Positions 49,480 to 62,624 of a DNA stretch of 64,000 nt are shown here, one piece after another. The DNA is taken from positions 151,404,001 to 151,468,000 of the forward strand of contig NC_082710.1 of assembly GCF_030144855.1 (NCBI RefSeq), read 5' to 3'. Numbering within the stretch: the first letter of the stretch is position 1; every line of letters starts with the position of its first letter. The DNA comes from Hypanus sabinus (taxonomy: Eukaryota). Position numbers and translations under genes: made by a program. Below the pieces are notes generated by a model, which searched no databases, was not told the origin of the DNA, and saw nothing but the letters and a program-made list of their open reading frames with translations.

Positions 49480-51722
49480 TACATGTTGGAATGATGTTTT
49501 TGCAGAGGAATGTACTGTGGACACGTGGTCAATGTTTTTGGATCTCTTGCAGTATCTTAGGGATAAATTTGTCCTGGTGAGGAAGATAAAGAATTGTAGA
49601 GTGAAGGAACTACGAGTGACAAGTGAGGTGGAAAATCTAGTCAGGTGGAAAAGGCAGCATACATGAGGTTTAGGAAGCAAGGATCAGATGAGCCTATTGA
49701 GGAATATAGGGTAGCCAGAAAGGAGCTTAAGCAGAGGCTGAGGAGAACAAGAAGGGGGTATGAGAAGACCTTGGCCAGTAGGGTAAAGGAAACCCTCAAG
49801 GCATTTTTCAATTATGTGAAGAATGAAATAATGACAGGAGTGAAGGTAGGACCGATTAGAGATAAAGGTGGGAGGATGTGCCTGGATGCTGTGAAAGTGA
49901 GCGAGGTCCTTAATGAATACTTCTCTTTGATATTCACCAATGAGAGGGAACTTGATGATGGTGAGGAAAATATGAGTGAGGTTGATGTTCTGGAGCATGT
50001 TGATATTAAGGGAGAGGAGGTGTTGGAGTTGTTCAAATACATTAGGACAGATAAGTCCCCAGGGACTTGATGGAATATTCCCCAGGCTGCTCCACGAGGC
50101 GAGGGAAGAGATTGCCAAGCCTCTGGCTAGGATCTTTATGTCCTTGTTGTCCACAGGAAAGGTACCAGATGATTGAAGTGAGATGAATGTTGCCCACATG
50201 TTCAAAAAAGGTAGTAGGGATACTCCGGGTAACTATAGACCAGTGAGCCTTACGTCTGTGATGGGAAAGCATTTGGAAAACATTCTTAGAGGGAGGATCA
50301 ATGGACATTTAGAGAATTATAGTCTGATCAGGGACAGTCAGCATGGATCTGTCAAGGGCACATCATGTCTAACAAGCCTGATAGAGTTCTCTAAGGAGGT
50401 GACTAGGCATAGGTTGTGCAGTGGATGTGATATACATGGATTTTAGTATGGCACTTGACAAGGTTCCACACAGTAGGCTTATTCAGAAAGTCAGAAAGCA
50501 TGGGATCCAGAGAAGTTTGGCCAGGTGAATACAGAATTGGCTTGCCTGCAGAAAGCAGAGGGTCATGGTGGAGGGAGTAAACTTGGATTGGAGGGTTGTG
50601 ACTAATGGTTTCCCACAAGGATAGGTTCTGGGACCTCTACTTTTCATGATTTTTATTAACGACCTGGATTTGGGGAGAGAAGGGTGGGTTGGCAAGATTG
50701 CAGATGATACAATGGTTAGTGGTGTTACGGATAGTGTATAGGATTGTCGAAGATTGCAGAGAGACAATGATAGGATGCAGAAGTTGTTTGAGAAGTGGCA
50801 GATGGAGTTCAACTCAGAGAAGTGTGAGGTGGTAAACTTTTACAGCGGGGAACTAGACAAGGTTGCCCTCTTAGTCCTTTACTTTTTGCTTTAGCTATAG
50901 AACCCTTAGCAATAGCATTTCGAAAATTTAAGGACATTTCTAGTATACTAAGGGAAGGTATGACTCATAAAATTTCATTATACGCTGATGATATTTTACT
51001 TTTTATCTCTAACACTGAAACTTCTTTGCCTTCGGTTCTTTCTTTAATCTCCCAGTTTAGTTCTCTTTCAGGATATAAGCTGAACTTACATGAAAGTGAA
51101 CTATTTCCTTTAAATGACCTAATGTCATCAAATGCCGAATTTCCGTTCCAAGTTGTTACAAGTCAATTTACATATCTAGTTGTAACAATTACTAAAAACT
51201 TCAAGAATTTATTTAAAGAAAACTTAAACCCCTTATTGAATTCTGTGTCCAGTTCTGATCGCCTCACTATAGGAAGGATGTAGAAGCATTGGATAGGGCA
51301 CAGAGGAGATTTTATAGGATGTTGCCTGGTTTAGAGAGTATGCAGTATAGGGGAGCTATGGCTTTACTCTTTGGAGAGAAGGAGGATGAGAGGAGACATG
51401 ATAGAGGTACACAAGATATTAAGATGCATAGATAGAGTGGACAGCCAGCGCCTCTTTTCAATACAAGAGGATATGGCTTTTAGGTAAGGGGTGGGAAGTT
51501 CAAAGGAGATATTAGAGGAAAGTTTTTTACTCAGAAAGTGGTTGGTGCGTGGAATGCACTGCCTGAGTCAGTAGTGGAGGCAGAAATTTAAGAGACTGCT
51601 AGGCAGGTATACAGAGGAACTTAAGGTGGGTGTTATATGTGACGCAGGGTTTAAGCATTGGCACAACATTGTGGGCCAAAAGGCCTGTACTGTGCTGTAC
51701 TATTCTATGTTCTATGTTCTAA
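49480..51722 (+). mobile_element. CR1 ORF2/3' region containing an L1 fragment
   Basis: RT relics 49645..50446; CR1 3' end with (tctatgt)n tail at ~51705-51722. Confidence 0.85.
50840..51240 (+). mobile_element. L1-clade reverse transcriptase fragment (open frame)
   Basis: LQRGTRQGCPLSPLLFALAIEPLA...HKISLYADDILLF...FSSLSGYKLNL, with no stop across ~133 codons. AT-rich relative to the CR1 flanks. Confidence 0.92.
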
Positions 51723-51759
51723 TCTGTTTGAGTCATGTTGTAGCCTCCTTACTTCCTCA

Positions 51760-53700
51760 AACCTACCTGCCCCACAGCTATCTTCATAATGTCTGCAAAC
51801 CTTGCAACAAAGCCATCAATTCTATCATCCAGATCATTGACATATAACATAAAAAGAATGAGTGCATAACACAGAGCCCTGTGGAACACCACTAGTCATG
51901 GGCAGCCAGTCAGTATGGCTCCCTTTATTGTCATTCTTTGCCAATCAGTCAATCAGTTTCTTTGCCTCCTGCCAATCAGCCAATACTGGAATCTATCCTG
52001 TGATAAGATGGGCTTGTAGCTTGTGTGGTAACTTGTATAAGGCCTTCTGTAGATCCAAGTACAGAACATCAACTAATTATCCTTTGTCTAGCCTGTTTGT
52101 TTTTTTTTAAGATTTGTCAGGCAATATTTTCCCTAGCTATGGCCTATTTTATAACATGCTTCCAAGTACCATGAGACCTCATCCTTAATATTTGACTCCA
52201 ACACCTTCCCAACCACTGAGGTCAGACTAACTGGCCAATAGTTTCTTTTCTTCAGTGTCTCTCCCTTCATGAAGAGAGAAATGTCAATTGCAATTTTCCA
52301 GTCTTCCAGAATCATTCCAGAATCTAGTGATGTTTGGAAGATCATTAGTAATGCTTCCATAATCTCCTCAGCAACCTCTTTCAGAATTTGGTGTACACAA
52401 TCTGGTTGAAGTGACTGATCCACCTTCAGACCGTTCTGTTTTCCATGCATCTTCTCTCTAGTTATGTTACCTTCACACACTTCATGTCCCCTGACACCTA
52501 GAACTTCCACCATACTGCTACTGTCCTCTACAATAAGGATTGAGGAAAATCAGTTCATTTGCAATTTCCTTGTCCTCTATTACTGCCTCTCCAGAATAAT
52601 TTTCCAGTGGTCAAATATCCACTCTCGCCTCTCTTTTACACTTAATATATTTGAAGTGACTTTTGGTATCCTCTTTAATATTATTGGCTAGCTTACTTAC
52701 ATATTCCATCTTTACCTTCATAATGACCTTTTAGTTACATTCTGTTGGTTTTTAAAAGCTTCCCGATCCTCTAACTTCCCACTAATTTTTGCAGTATTAT
52801 ATGCCCTCTCTTTGAATTTTATGTTGGCTTTGACTTCTCTTGTTAGCCACAATTGTGTTATTTTTCCTTTAGAATACTTCTTTCTCTTTGGGATGTAAAC
52901 TGTATATCCTGTGCCTTCCAAATTGCTTCCAGGAATTCCAGCCATTGCTGCTCTGCCATCATCCCTGCCAGTGTTCTTTTTCAATTAATTCTAGCCAACT
53001 CCTCTTTCCTGGCTCTGTAATTTCCTTTTGTCCACGGTAATAATAATACAACTGATTCTAGCCTCTCCTTCTCAAATTTCTAGGTGAATTTGATCATCTT
53101 ATTATCACTCTCCTCTCAGAGTTCCTTTACCTTAAGTTCTCTAATCAATTCTGGTTTATTGTACAACATCTGATCCAGAGTAGCTGATCCTTTAGTGAGC
53201 TCAGCCTTGATCTGCTCTGAAAAAAGCTGTCTCGTGGTCCTATAAAAATTCCCACTTCTGCAATACAAAACCAGTCTGATTTTCCCAATCACCCTGCAGA
53301 TTGAATTCCCTCATGACTGTTGTAACATTGTACTTCTGGCATGCCTTTTAAATCTCTCATTGTAATTTGTATGTCACATCCTTACTACTATATTGTTGAG
53401 AGGTATGGCTACATGAGTACTTTGATCTGGTACCTTAACACCCTTTCCCTTCCTGATTGTCATAGTGTTTCCTGTGTCCTGCACCTTGGGTGTAACTACC
53501 TCTCTATATGTCCTATCTATCACACTTTCAGCCTCCGGAATGATCCAGAGTTCATCCAATTCCAGCTCCCTAATACAGTTTGTTAGATGCTGCAGCTGGA
53601 AACACTTCTCACATTCAAGTGGACAGAGATACTGGAGGTCTCTCTGCCTTCCCATATCCCACAAGAGGAGCAATGCAATATCCTGCCTGACATCTCTACT
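51760..53700 (-). mobile_element. Decayed, internally deleted CR1
   Basis: RT relic 52133..52513 (NYWPVSLTSVVGKVLES); ORF1 N-terminus 53374..53673 (CEKC...IRELELELDEL). Confidence 0.8.
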
Positions 53701-55460
53701 GCCCTCAGTGAGCAGATATAGAGAAAAGGGGGAAAATAGCTTTTCTTTCTTTTGCTTTCTCTGAGTGTGGCACCTCTTTGTTGCAACTTCAAAGAGCTAA
53801 AGCCTGAAGACCACAATTGATTACCTCCAATGTCCAGATCGGCTGATAATCAAAGCTCTATTATGTTGCTGTGAACTGCTCCTGCCTTTTCTCCTTGGGC
53901 AGTGAAAATGATTAAAGTCCTCTCCTCTCCAAACTTCTGATGTTCAGATTGGCTGCGGATCAAAGCTCTATTCTCTGGCTGTCCATTAAATATGTGCCAT
54001 TTGTCATATTGTACCTTTCTACCAAGACACCACTTATCCTCCATCTGCACAGAGAGAAAAGCCCAACCTTTTCTCACATGATATACTCTCTAATCTAGGC
54101 AATATCCTGGTAAATCTTCTCTGCACCCTCTCTAAACTTCTATATCCTTGTTTTAAGGATCAGGACTCAACTCAATACTCCAAGTGTGGTCTAAGCAGAA
54201 TTTTATAGAGTTGCAACATTATCTCATGGGTCATGAATTCAATCCCCCAATTCAGAACAAGAAAGCTTGCAAGAATAACGGCTAGGGGTTTCTGGAGTGA
54301 AGGCCTTTTAGTACTCGGGGTAAAGAGAGGCAACACTGCACAGTTGCATGACATCAGCGAGCAGTGAGGGAAAAGTTTATAAAGAAGACCACCATTTGCA
54401 GCGGGCAGCAGAGTGAGAGGTAGCAGAATGATAGGGCTTTGGCTCAATGGGCTGAGCTGGTAATGAGGCGAGGTAGGTCGACCTGTGTTAATTGCAGAAA
54501 GGAAGTATGTGTGTGAGGCCAGTTTTATGTGCTTGGAATCAGATGAGGGAGGTCCTGGAATCTCCCAGTCACCCAGTTGGCCTTATCTGCACCTGGTGTA
54601 TCGAGCTGCAGATCCTAAGGGACCATGTTAGGGAACTCAAGTTGCAGATCAATGACTTTCATCTCGTCAGGGAGAGTGAGGAGGTGATAGAAAGGAGTTA
54701 TGGGCAGGTGGTCACACCAGGACCAAGGGAGACAGTGGGTAATAGTCAGGAGAGGAAAGGGCAAGAGTCAGGTACTAGAGAGTACCCTGTGACAATACAT
54801 GCTCATGTTTGAGTACTGTTGGGGAGCAGAGCCTACCTTGCGGAAGCAATGGTGGCCGTGCCTCTGGCAGAGAGTCCTGCCCTTTGACTCAGAAGGGCAG
54901 GGAAAGGAAGATGAAGACAGTAGCAATAGGGGAATTTATAGTTGGGGGTCAGACAGGAGGTTCTGCGAATGCAGGAAAGAAACTCGGATGGTAGCTTGCC
55001 TCCCAAGTGCCAGGGTCCAGGATGTATCAGATCGCGTCAATGATATCCTGCAGTGGGAGGGAGAACTGTCAGAGGTCATGCTACATATTGGTACCAATGA
55101 CATAGGTAGGAAAATGGAAGAGGTCCTGAAACTAGACTGCTAGGGAGTTTGTAAAAAGTTGAGAAACAGGACCACAAATGTAGTGATCTCAGGATTACTG
55201 CCTGTGCCACATGACAGTGAGTAGAGGAATAGAATGAGGTGGATGATAAAGGTGTGGCTGATGGATTGCGGCAGGGGCCAGTCATTCAGAATTCTGGATC
55301 ATTGGGACCTCTTCTGGGCAGGTGTGACCTATAAAAAAAGGACGGGTTGCACTTGAATCTCAGGGGGATCAACACCATTGCAGGGAGAGTTTAAACTGGA
55401 ATTGTTAGGGGGTGGGAACTGAACTGAAGAAACTGGGGAAGAGGCAGTTGGCTCACAAGT

Positions 55461-56532
55461 AGAAACATAGAAACATAGAAAACCTACAGCACATTACTGG
55501 CCCTTCAGCTCACAAGATTGTGCTGGACGTATCCATACCTTACACATTACTAGGCTTACCGATAACACTCTATTTTACTAAGCTCCATGTACGTATCTAA
55601 AAGTCTCTTAAAAGACCCTATCTTATCAGCCGTCACCACCGTTGCCAGCAGCTCATTCCATGCACTCACCACACTCTGAGTAAAATACATAACCATGACA
55701 TTGCTTCTATACCCAATCCCCAGCACTTTAAACCTGTGTCCCCTTGTTGCAACCATTTCAGCCCTGGGAAAAAGCCTCTGACTATCCACATGATTAATGA
55801 CTCTCATGATCTTGTACACCTCTATCAGGCCAACTCTCTTTTTCCTTTGCTCCAAAGAGAGAAGGCTGAGTTCACTCAAACTATTCTCATGAACTATGCT
55901 CCCCAATCTAGGCAACATCCTTGTAAATCTCCTCTGCACTCTTTCTAAGGTATCCATAACTTTCCTTTAGTGAAGCGACCAGAACTGAGCGCTGTAATCC
56001 AAGTGAGGTCTGAACAGGGTCCTATATAGCTGCAACATTAATTCTCAGCTCATAAATTCAATTCCACTATTGATGAAGGCCAATACGCCATATGCCTTCT
56101 TAACCACAGAGTCAATCTGTGCAGCTGCTTTGAGTGCTCTATGGTCTCGGACCCCAAGATCCCTCTGATCCTCCACACTGCTAAGAGTCTTACCATTAAT
56201 ACTATATTCTGCCATCATATCTGACCTACCAAAATGAACCAATTCACACTTATCTGGGCTGAACTCCATCGTCACTTTTCAGCCCAGTTTTGCATCCCAT
56301 CAATGCCCAGCTGTAACCTCTGACAGCAACTCCACACTATCCACAGCACCTCCAACCTTTGTGTCATCAGCAAACTTACTATCCCATCCCTCCAGTTCTT
56401 CATCCAGGTTATTTATAAAAATCACGAAGAATAACGATCCCAGAGCAGATGCCTGAGGTACCTCACTGTCACCAACCTCTATTCAGAGTATGACCTATCC
56501 ACGACCTATCCTTCTGTGGGCAAACCAGTTCT
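55461..56532 (-). mobile_element. Nested 5'-truncated CR1
   Basis: (agaaacat)n tail at 55461; ORFs 55556..55957 and 56045..56275. The host resumes at aaaaagcttggagacag. Confidence 0.85.
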
Positions 56533-57430
56533 GGAAAAAGCTTGGAGACAGTGTGTCAGGGAGGATAGCCATGTGATCGAGAAGGGATATGCTCAGACCG
56601 ACGGTTTAAGGTGGGTCTATTTTAATGCAAGGAGTATTATGAACAAAGCGGATGAGCTTAGACCATGGATCAGTACTTGGAGCTACGATGTGGTCTCCAT
56701 TACAGAGAATTGGATGGCTCAGGGACAGGAATGGTTACTTCAAGTGCCGGATTTTAGATGTTTCAGAGAGGACAGTGAGAGAAGCAAAAAAGGTTGGGGC
56801 GTGACACTATTGATCAGAGGTAGTGTCATGGCTGCAGAAAAGTTGGACATCATGGAGGGATTGTCTATAGAGAACCTGTGGGTGGAGGTCAGGATCAGGA
56901 AGGGGTAAATAACTTTACTGGGTGTTTTTTAAAGGTCATCCAATAGTGACAGGGATATCGATGAGCAGATAAGGAAACAGATCTTGGAAAGGTTTAATAA
57001 TAACAGAGTTGTCATGATGGGAGATTTTAATTTCCCAAATATCAATTGGCATCTCCCTAGAGCAAGGGGTTTAGATCAGGTGGCGTTTGTTAGGTGTTTT
57101 CAGAGAGGTTTCTTGACTGAATATGTAGATCAGGCCTATAAGAGGAGAGACTGTACTTGATTTGGTTTTGGAAAATGAACCTGGTCAGGTGTCAGATCTC
57201 TCAGTGGAGAACATTTTGGAGATTGTGATCATAATTCTATCTCCTTTACAACAGCATTGGAGAGAGATGGGAATAGACAAGTTAGGAATGCGTATAATTG
57301 GAGTAAGGGGAATTATGAGGCTATCAAGCAGGAAGTTGGAAGCTTAACTTGGGAACAGATGCTCTCTGGGAAAAGTACAGAAGAAAATGTAGCAAATGTT
57401 CAGGGGATATTTGTGTGGAATTCTGCATAG

Positions 57431-59477
57431 CCCTTGCATGCTGTTCATCTTTTTATACCTTCCTAGTATGGTCAGGGTCAATTTTGACCCCGGCCCAAGA
57501 AACTCCCTATAACAAGAGTCTATACCAAATTTTGAGCCACTTAACTATTTACATTGTCAAATAGCCTATCTGACTTTAATAGAAGGGTCATTAATCCTTA
57601 ATTAATGTATCAGAGATGAGGGACAATATATTTTTTAGCTTTTTTCCACCACTCATCAGAGAATAAACATACACTGTCACACAATACAATGTCCTCTTTT
57701 ACCTAAGACATGGAAACATAACAGCCATAAAGAATTAAATATATTTTATTGAAACGGAAAATGCAAGCACTTTCTGAAAATGTGGGGTTTATGATATAAC
57801 TATTTGGAACAATTACCACCAGCAAACACTGTCCTCATTGCTATATCTTAAAAAATCCTACTAACCAGTATCTAACTAAAACTATTAACTATTAATTCAA
57901 CATTAAATAACATTTAACCAACAAACTAACCAGGAAAAAGTAGTTGCTATTTGCAAACTGGTCTTTGCATTCAAAGCAGTGGTGGGAAACCTTGCATGTG
58001 TGGCCCTTGCATATGAGTCTGCCACATTTGCTGCAAGTAGTCAACGTTTTGCAGTCCTTTTTTGCAGGACAGAAATTGCATCTCCTTCTCTTTTGTCCCC
58101 CGGTTTGACCTATTGTGGGATTTGTTGAGCTGGGCCAGGTTCAGATTGCTGCACTGCAGCTGAAAATGCTGCATGGGGAAGGTGTTCTTGCCTTTGCATA
58201 GAAGGAATCACAAAGTCCTATCCAAGCTCCTCCAAAAAGAACCTCCTCCAGTTCCTCTTGCTTGCCCTCCAGGAAAGGCTCATGTCACTCCAGATGACAA
58301 AGACCACGTATGTGGAAACATTAATGATCTTATGAAATATAGCGAGAGTGCAGTTCTCTTCTTGCAACAGTATGTGCCAGTGACTTTGTAAAGGTTGTCA
58401 ACCCTCACCCCTTTTGTTGGCATTATAGTTCAGGATGATGGCTGGTTTTCTGCACCTTGATCGCTTACCTCTGCAGCCTTATTTAAAGTGCTCATGAGGA
58501 TCACATTCTTGTTCTTTGCCATATACAACACAACTATGGTGTCATGGGTGAACACAAACTTAGAAGACAAAACAATTCTCCCCCTTCTTTCAGTCAGAGC
58601 AGGTGGCAGCTCTGGCTTGTTCTGCCTTATAGTACCCACCATTGTGATTCTCCTCTTCAGGAGTATATAACCTAACTCATGAGCCATGAAGAAGTTGTCA
58701 CAGGTCACGTAGTGTCCTTTAAGCTTTTCTGTCATGACCAACACAACGTACGTGCCTTGCTTTCTCTGGGGGCCTCCCACAGCTGGCTTCGCAGGAGAGC
58801 AGGAAAGTAGATAAAATGTCAAATGCATGTGATACAGCCAGTCTTGTGGGTCCAGGAGTATTTTGAATGATGTTTTCTACTACCATCCTGCCTGCAGCTT
58901 AATTGGAAGTGAGAACCACCAGATCTTGTTGTCCTTGGACATAAATGTCACCCTTGTTTCTTCCTCCTCTCTCACAGAGTCAACTTCATCTGAGGGGCTG
59001 TAATCAGAGTCTTTGTCCATGTAGTCCTCCTGCTCTGAAACTTCCTCCTCGAATTTGCTGTCTGTGTCTTCATTTTCGAATACCTGATCAATTACCTCCT
59101 GAAAACAAAGCCTACGTCTTTCTTCCATAACTGCCATCACTAAAATGGATGCTCAGCACATCATGTGCTTGCAGATGCAGATCTTGTGAAAGGGTCTAGG
59201 CTTCTATGACCTTTTCAGGAGTTCCATGTAACATTCGACCCCCAATAGCCGTTGCTATCGGTAGGGGTAAAACTTGACCCGGAACAGCTTCCGTGTTGCA
59301 AAAATTGTAGCACCTGTACAAGAGTCTAATTTATCTTTAAGCTTTTCATTTTTGCATATTTAGGGTCACATTAGGAAAAGTCATAAAATTTCAGCTGGAA
59401 AAAAACAGCATTTAGGGAATATTAACTGCAGTCAAATGTCAAAAAGGGTCAAAGTTGACCCGAAGAGTATGTAAGGG
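57431..59477 (-). mobile_element. piggyBac-family DNA transposon, 2047 bp, internally deleted transposase
   Basis: 16-bp TIRs CCCTTGCATGCTGTTC / CCCTTACATACTCTTC and a 4-bp TSD ATAG. Transposase relics: acidic N-terminus and SKDNKIWW (58880..59140), TCDNFF...MVGTIRQNKPELP (58430..58828), YNA...VDNLYKV, and a C-terminal CRD CNFC..CSKC..CKGH..CFEC. Confidence 0.93.
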
Positions 59478-60771
59478 ATAGGTACGTTGCAATGAGACAA
59501 GGAAATTATAGAATGGTACAGGAACTGTGGTGTACAAAGGCTGTAATAAACCTAGTCAAGAAGAAAAGCTTACAATAGGTTCAGAGATCTAGGTATTGCA
59601 AGAGATTGAGAAGATTATAAGGCTAACAGGAGGAGCTTAAAAAGGAAATAAGGAGAGGCAGAAGGGGCCATGAGAAGTCCTTGGTGGGCAGAAATGGTGG
59701 GAAAACGTCAGGACATTCTACAACTGTGTGAAGAGCAAGAGGATAAGATGTAAAAGAATTAGAGTGTTAAGTGTGACATTGGGAAAGTGTGTATGGAACA
59801 TGAGGTAATAGCAGGGGTACTTAATGAATACTTTACTTCAGTATTCACCAGGAACAGGATCTTGGTGATTGTAGTGATGATTTGCAGTGGACTGAAAAGC
59901 TTGAGAATGTAGATATCAAGAAAGGATGTGCTGGAGCTTTTGGAGAGCATCAGGTTGGATAAGTTCCCGGGACCAGATGAGATTTACCCCAGGCTACTGT
60001 GGGAGGTGAGAGAGTAGATTGCTGAGCCTCTGGCAATGATCTTTGCAACATCAATGGGTATGGGAGAGGTTCCAGAAGATTGGAGGGTTACAGCTGTTGT
60101 TCCCTTATTCAAAAAAGTGGGTAGAGATAGCTCAGGAATTTATAAACCAGTGAGTCCTACTTCAGTGTTTGGTAAGTTGATGGGGAAGATCTTGAGAGGC
60201 AGGATTTATGAACATTTGGAGAGATATAATATGATTAGGATTAGTCGTGCCTTACGAGCCTGATTGAATATTTTGAAGATGGCAATAAGCTTATTGATGA
60301 AAGAAAAGCAGCAGATGTAGTGTATATGGATTTCATTTGATAAGGTACCCCATAGAAGGCTTTTGAGAAAGTAAAGAGGCATGGGATACAAGGGGACATT
60401 CCTTCATAGATCCAGAACTGGCTCGCCCACAGAAGGTTGTAGTTGGGTCATATTCTGTATGGAGGTCGCTAACCAGCTGTGTGCATCAGGGATTTGCTAT
60501 GGGACCCCTACTCTTCGTGATTTTTATTATTGACCTGGAGGAAGATGTGGAGGGATCAGTTAGCAAATTTGCTGATCACACAAAGGATAGAGGTGTTGTG
60601 GATAGAGTGGAGGACTGTCAGAGGTCACAGCGGGACATTGATATGATGCAAAACTGGTCTGGGAAGTGGCAGATGGAGTTCAACCCAGATAAGTGTGAAG
60701 TGGTTCATTTTGGTAGGTCAAATACGACGGCAGAACATAGTATTAAAGGTAAGACTCTTGGCAGTGTGGAA

Positions 60772-61033
60772 TGTGGTAACTTCCACTTTAGAAAAGACCA
60801 CTCAACAATTTTGTGGCCAAAAGAACATCTTTATCTGGGACAGCAAATTACATTTATAATACAGAAGCTTCCAGGTACCTCGTGTGGCATGGGTGGTGGA
60901 ACTATATACAATGCATACTTGGAGTAGAAAGAGCAGAAGTAAAAAAAAACTGCCAGCCCTGGAACCTGTTTCTTGTTACCAACAGCTTCCTGATTAGTAT
61001 TAACTTACTTTTATTAATACTCACATTACAACA
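60772..61033. mobile_element. Solo LTR-like insert, 262 bp
   Basis: TGTGG...CAACA termini flanked by TGGAA/TGGAG. The empty site gtgtggaggatcagagg is seen in a paralogous CR1 (reverse complement near 56160-56180). Confidence 0.72.
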
Positions 61034-62624
61034 TGGAGGATCATAGGGACTTAAGGGTCCAAGTCCATCGGATGCTCAAACCAGCAGTGTAGGTTGACTC
61101 TATGGTTAAGAAGGCAGACTGTGTTTTGCTGTTCATCAATCGTGGAATTGAATTTAGGAGCCGAGAGGTAATGTTGCAGCTAAATAGGACCCTGGTCAGA
61201 ACCTACTTGGAGTACTGTGCTCAGTTCTGGTCTCCTCACTACAGGAAGGGTGTGGAAATCATAGAAAGGGTGCAGAGGAGATTTATAAGGATGTTGCCTG
61301 GATTGGGGATCATGCCTTATGAGAACAGGTTGAGTGGACTATGCCTTTTCTCATTGGTGTGTTGGAGGATGAGAGGTGACCTGATAGAGGTGTATAAGGT
61401 GATAAGAGGCATTGATCATGAGGATAATCAGAGGTATTTTCCCAGGGCTGAAACAATTGCCAGATAAGAACACAGGTTAAAGGTGCTCGGGATTGGGTAC
61501 AGAGGAGATGTCCGGGGTAAGTCTTTTATGCAGAGAGAGGAGCATGTGTGGAATGGGCTGTCGGCAATGGTGGTGTAGGCAGATAGAATAGGGTTTTTTA
61601 AGAGATGTCTGGATAGGTACATGGAGCTGAGAAAAATAGAGTGCTCTGGGTAAGCCTAGTAATTTCTCAGGTATGGACATGTTTGGCACAACTTTGTGGG
61701 CTGGAGGGTGTGTATTGTGTTGTAGGTTTTCTTTGTTTCTATGTTTTTCTATGTTTCTAATTAATGAAGATTAAGACATCATGCCAACTACTTAACCACA
61801 CTATAAACTTGCACTGCAATTTAGAGGTGTCTATGGATGTGAACCTCCAGATCCAGGTGTTCCTCCACAATGTTAAGAATTCTGTTATTGACCCTGTATT
61901 CTGTCTTCAGGTTCAACCTTTTAAAGTGAATCACTCTATACATTTCTGAGTTGGAACTTTTGTATCAGCTGAAAACTTACTGACTCACCATTTCACTTCC
62001 TCATCCATGTCATTTATAAAATTCATTAAGTGGAGGGTCCCAGAACTGGTCCTTGTAAAACACCATTGATCACTGACTTCAATGCAGAGTATGATCCAAA
62101 TACTACCACCTTCTTCTGCCTGTGAGCAAGCCAGCTCTGATCCACACAGTCAAGTTTCCCTGGATCCCATGCCTCCTGGGAAGTTTATAAAACAATGAGC
62201 AGCATAGATTCATTACACAGCCAGAACCTTTTTCCCAGGATTAAAATTTGAGAAGCTATTTAAACAAGTGGAGAACTGGATGTGAAAGCTCCCATATCAA
62301 ACCACAGATTGGTCAGTTCTGCTTCCAGTTTTGTTTTGTTCTGATGTTATTTTCGTTGGCTCACATTTCCTTATGATGCAGAATGACTTTGTTTATTCTA
62401 TTTATTTAATTGCACGGATGATCATTAATCCTCTTGTTTAGCTCTTTAAATAATCTCTTAACATATCTGTGAGTCAGAATTCCCCATGCAGTCAGCTGTG
62501 CTCACAAATACTTTTGAACAAGGCCACCATAGTTCCTTCCATAGCTTCTCACAAGGTGTTAGGAGGCACTTAGTCAAGCCTTGAGGACTTAAAGTGTTTC
62601 AAAGCACCTAATACATCACTTTGG

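Larger units (their letters stand above)
54260..61759 (+). mobile_element. Originally near full-length CR1 disrupted by three nested insertions
   Basis: 5' UTR and ORF1 54330-55400, endonuclease 56516-57430, RT 59480-60770, C-terminus 61034-61470 and 3' tail. Interrupted at 55461, 57431 and 60772. Confidence 0.85.
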
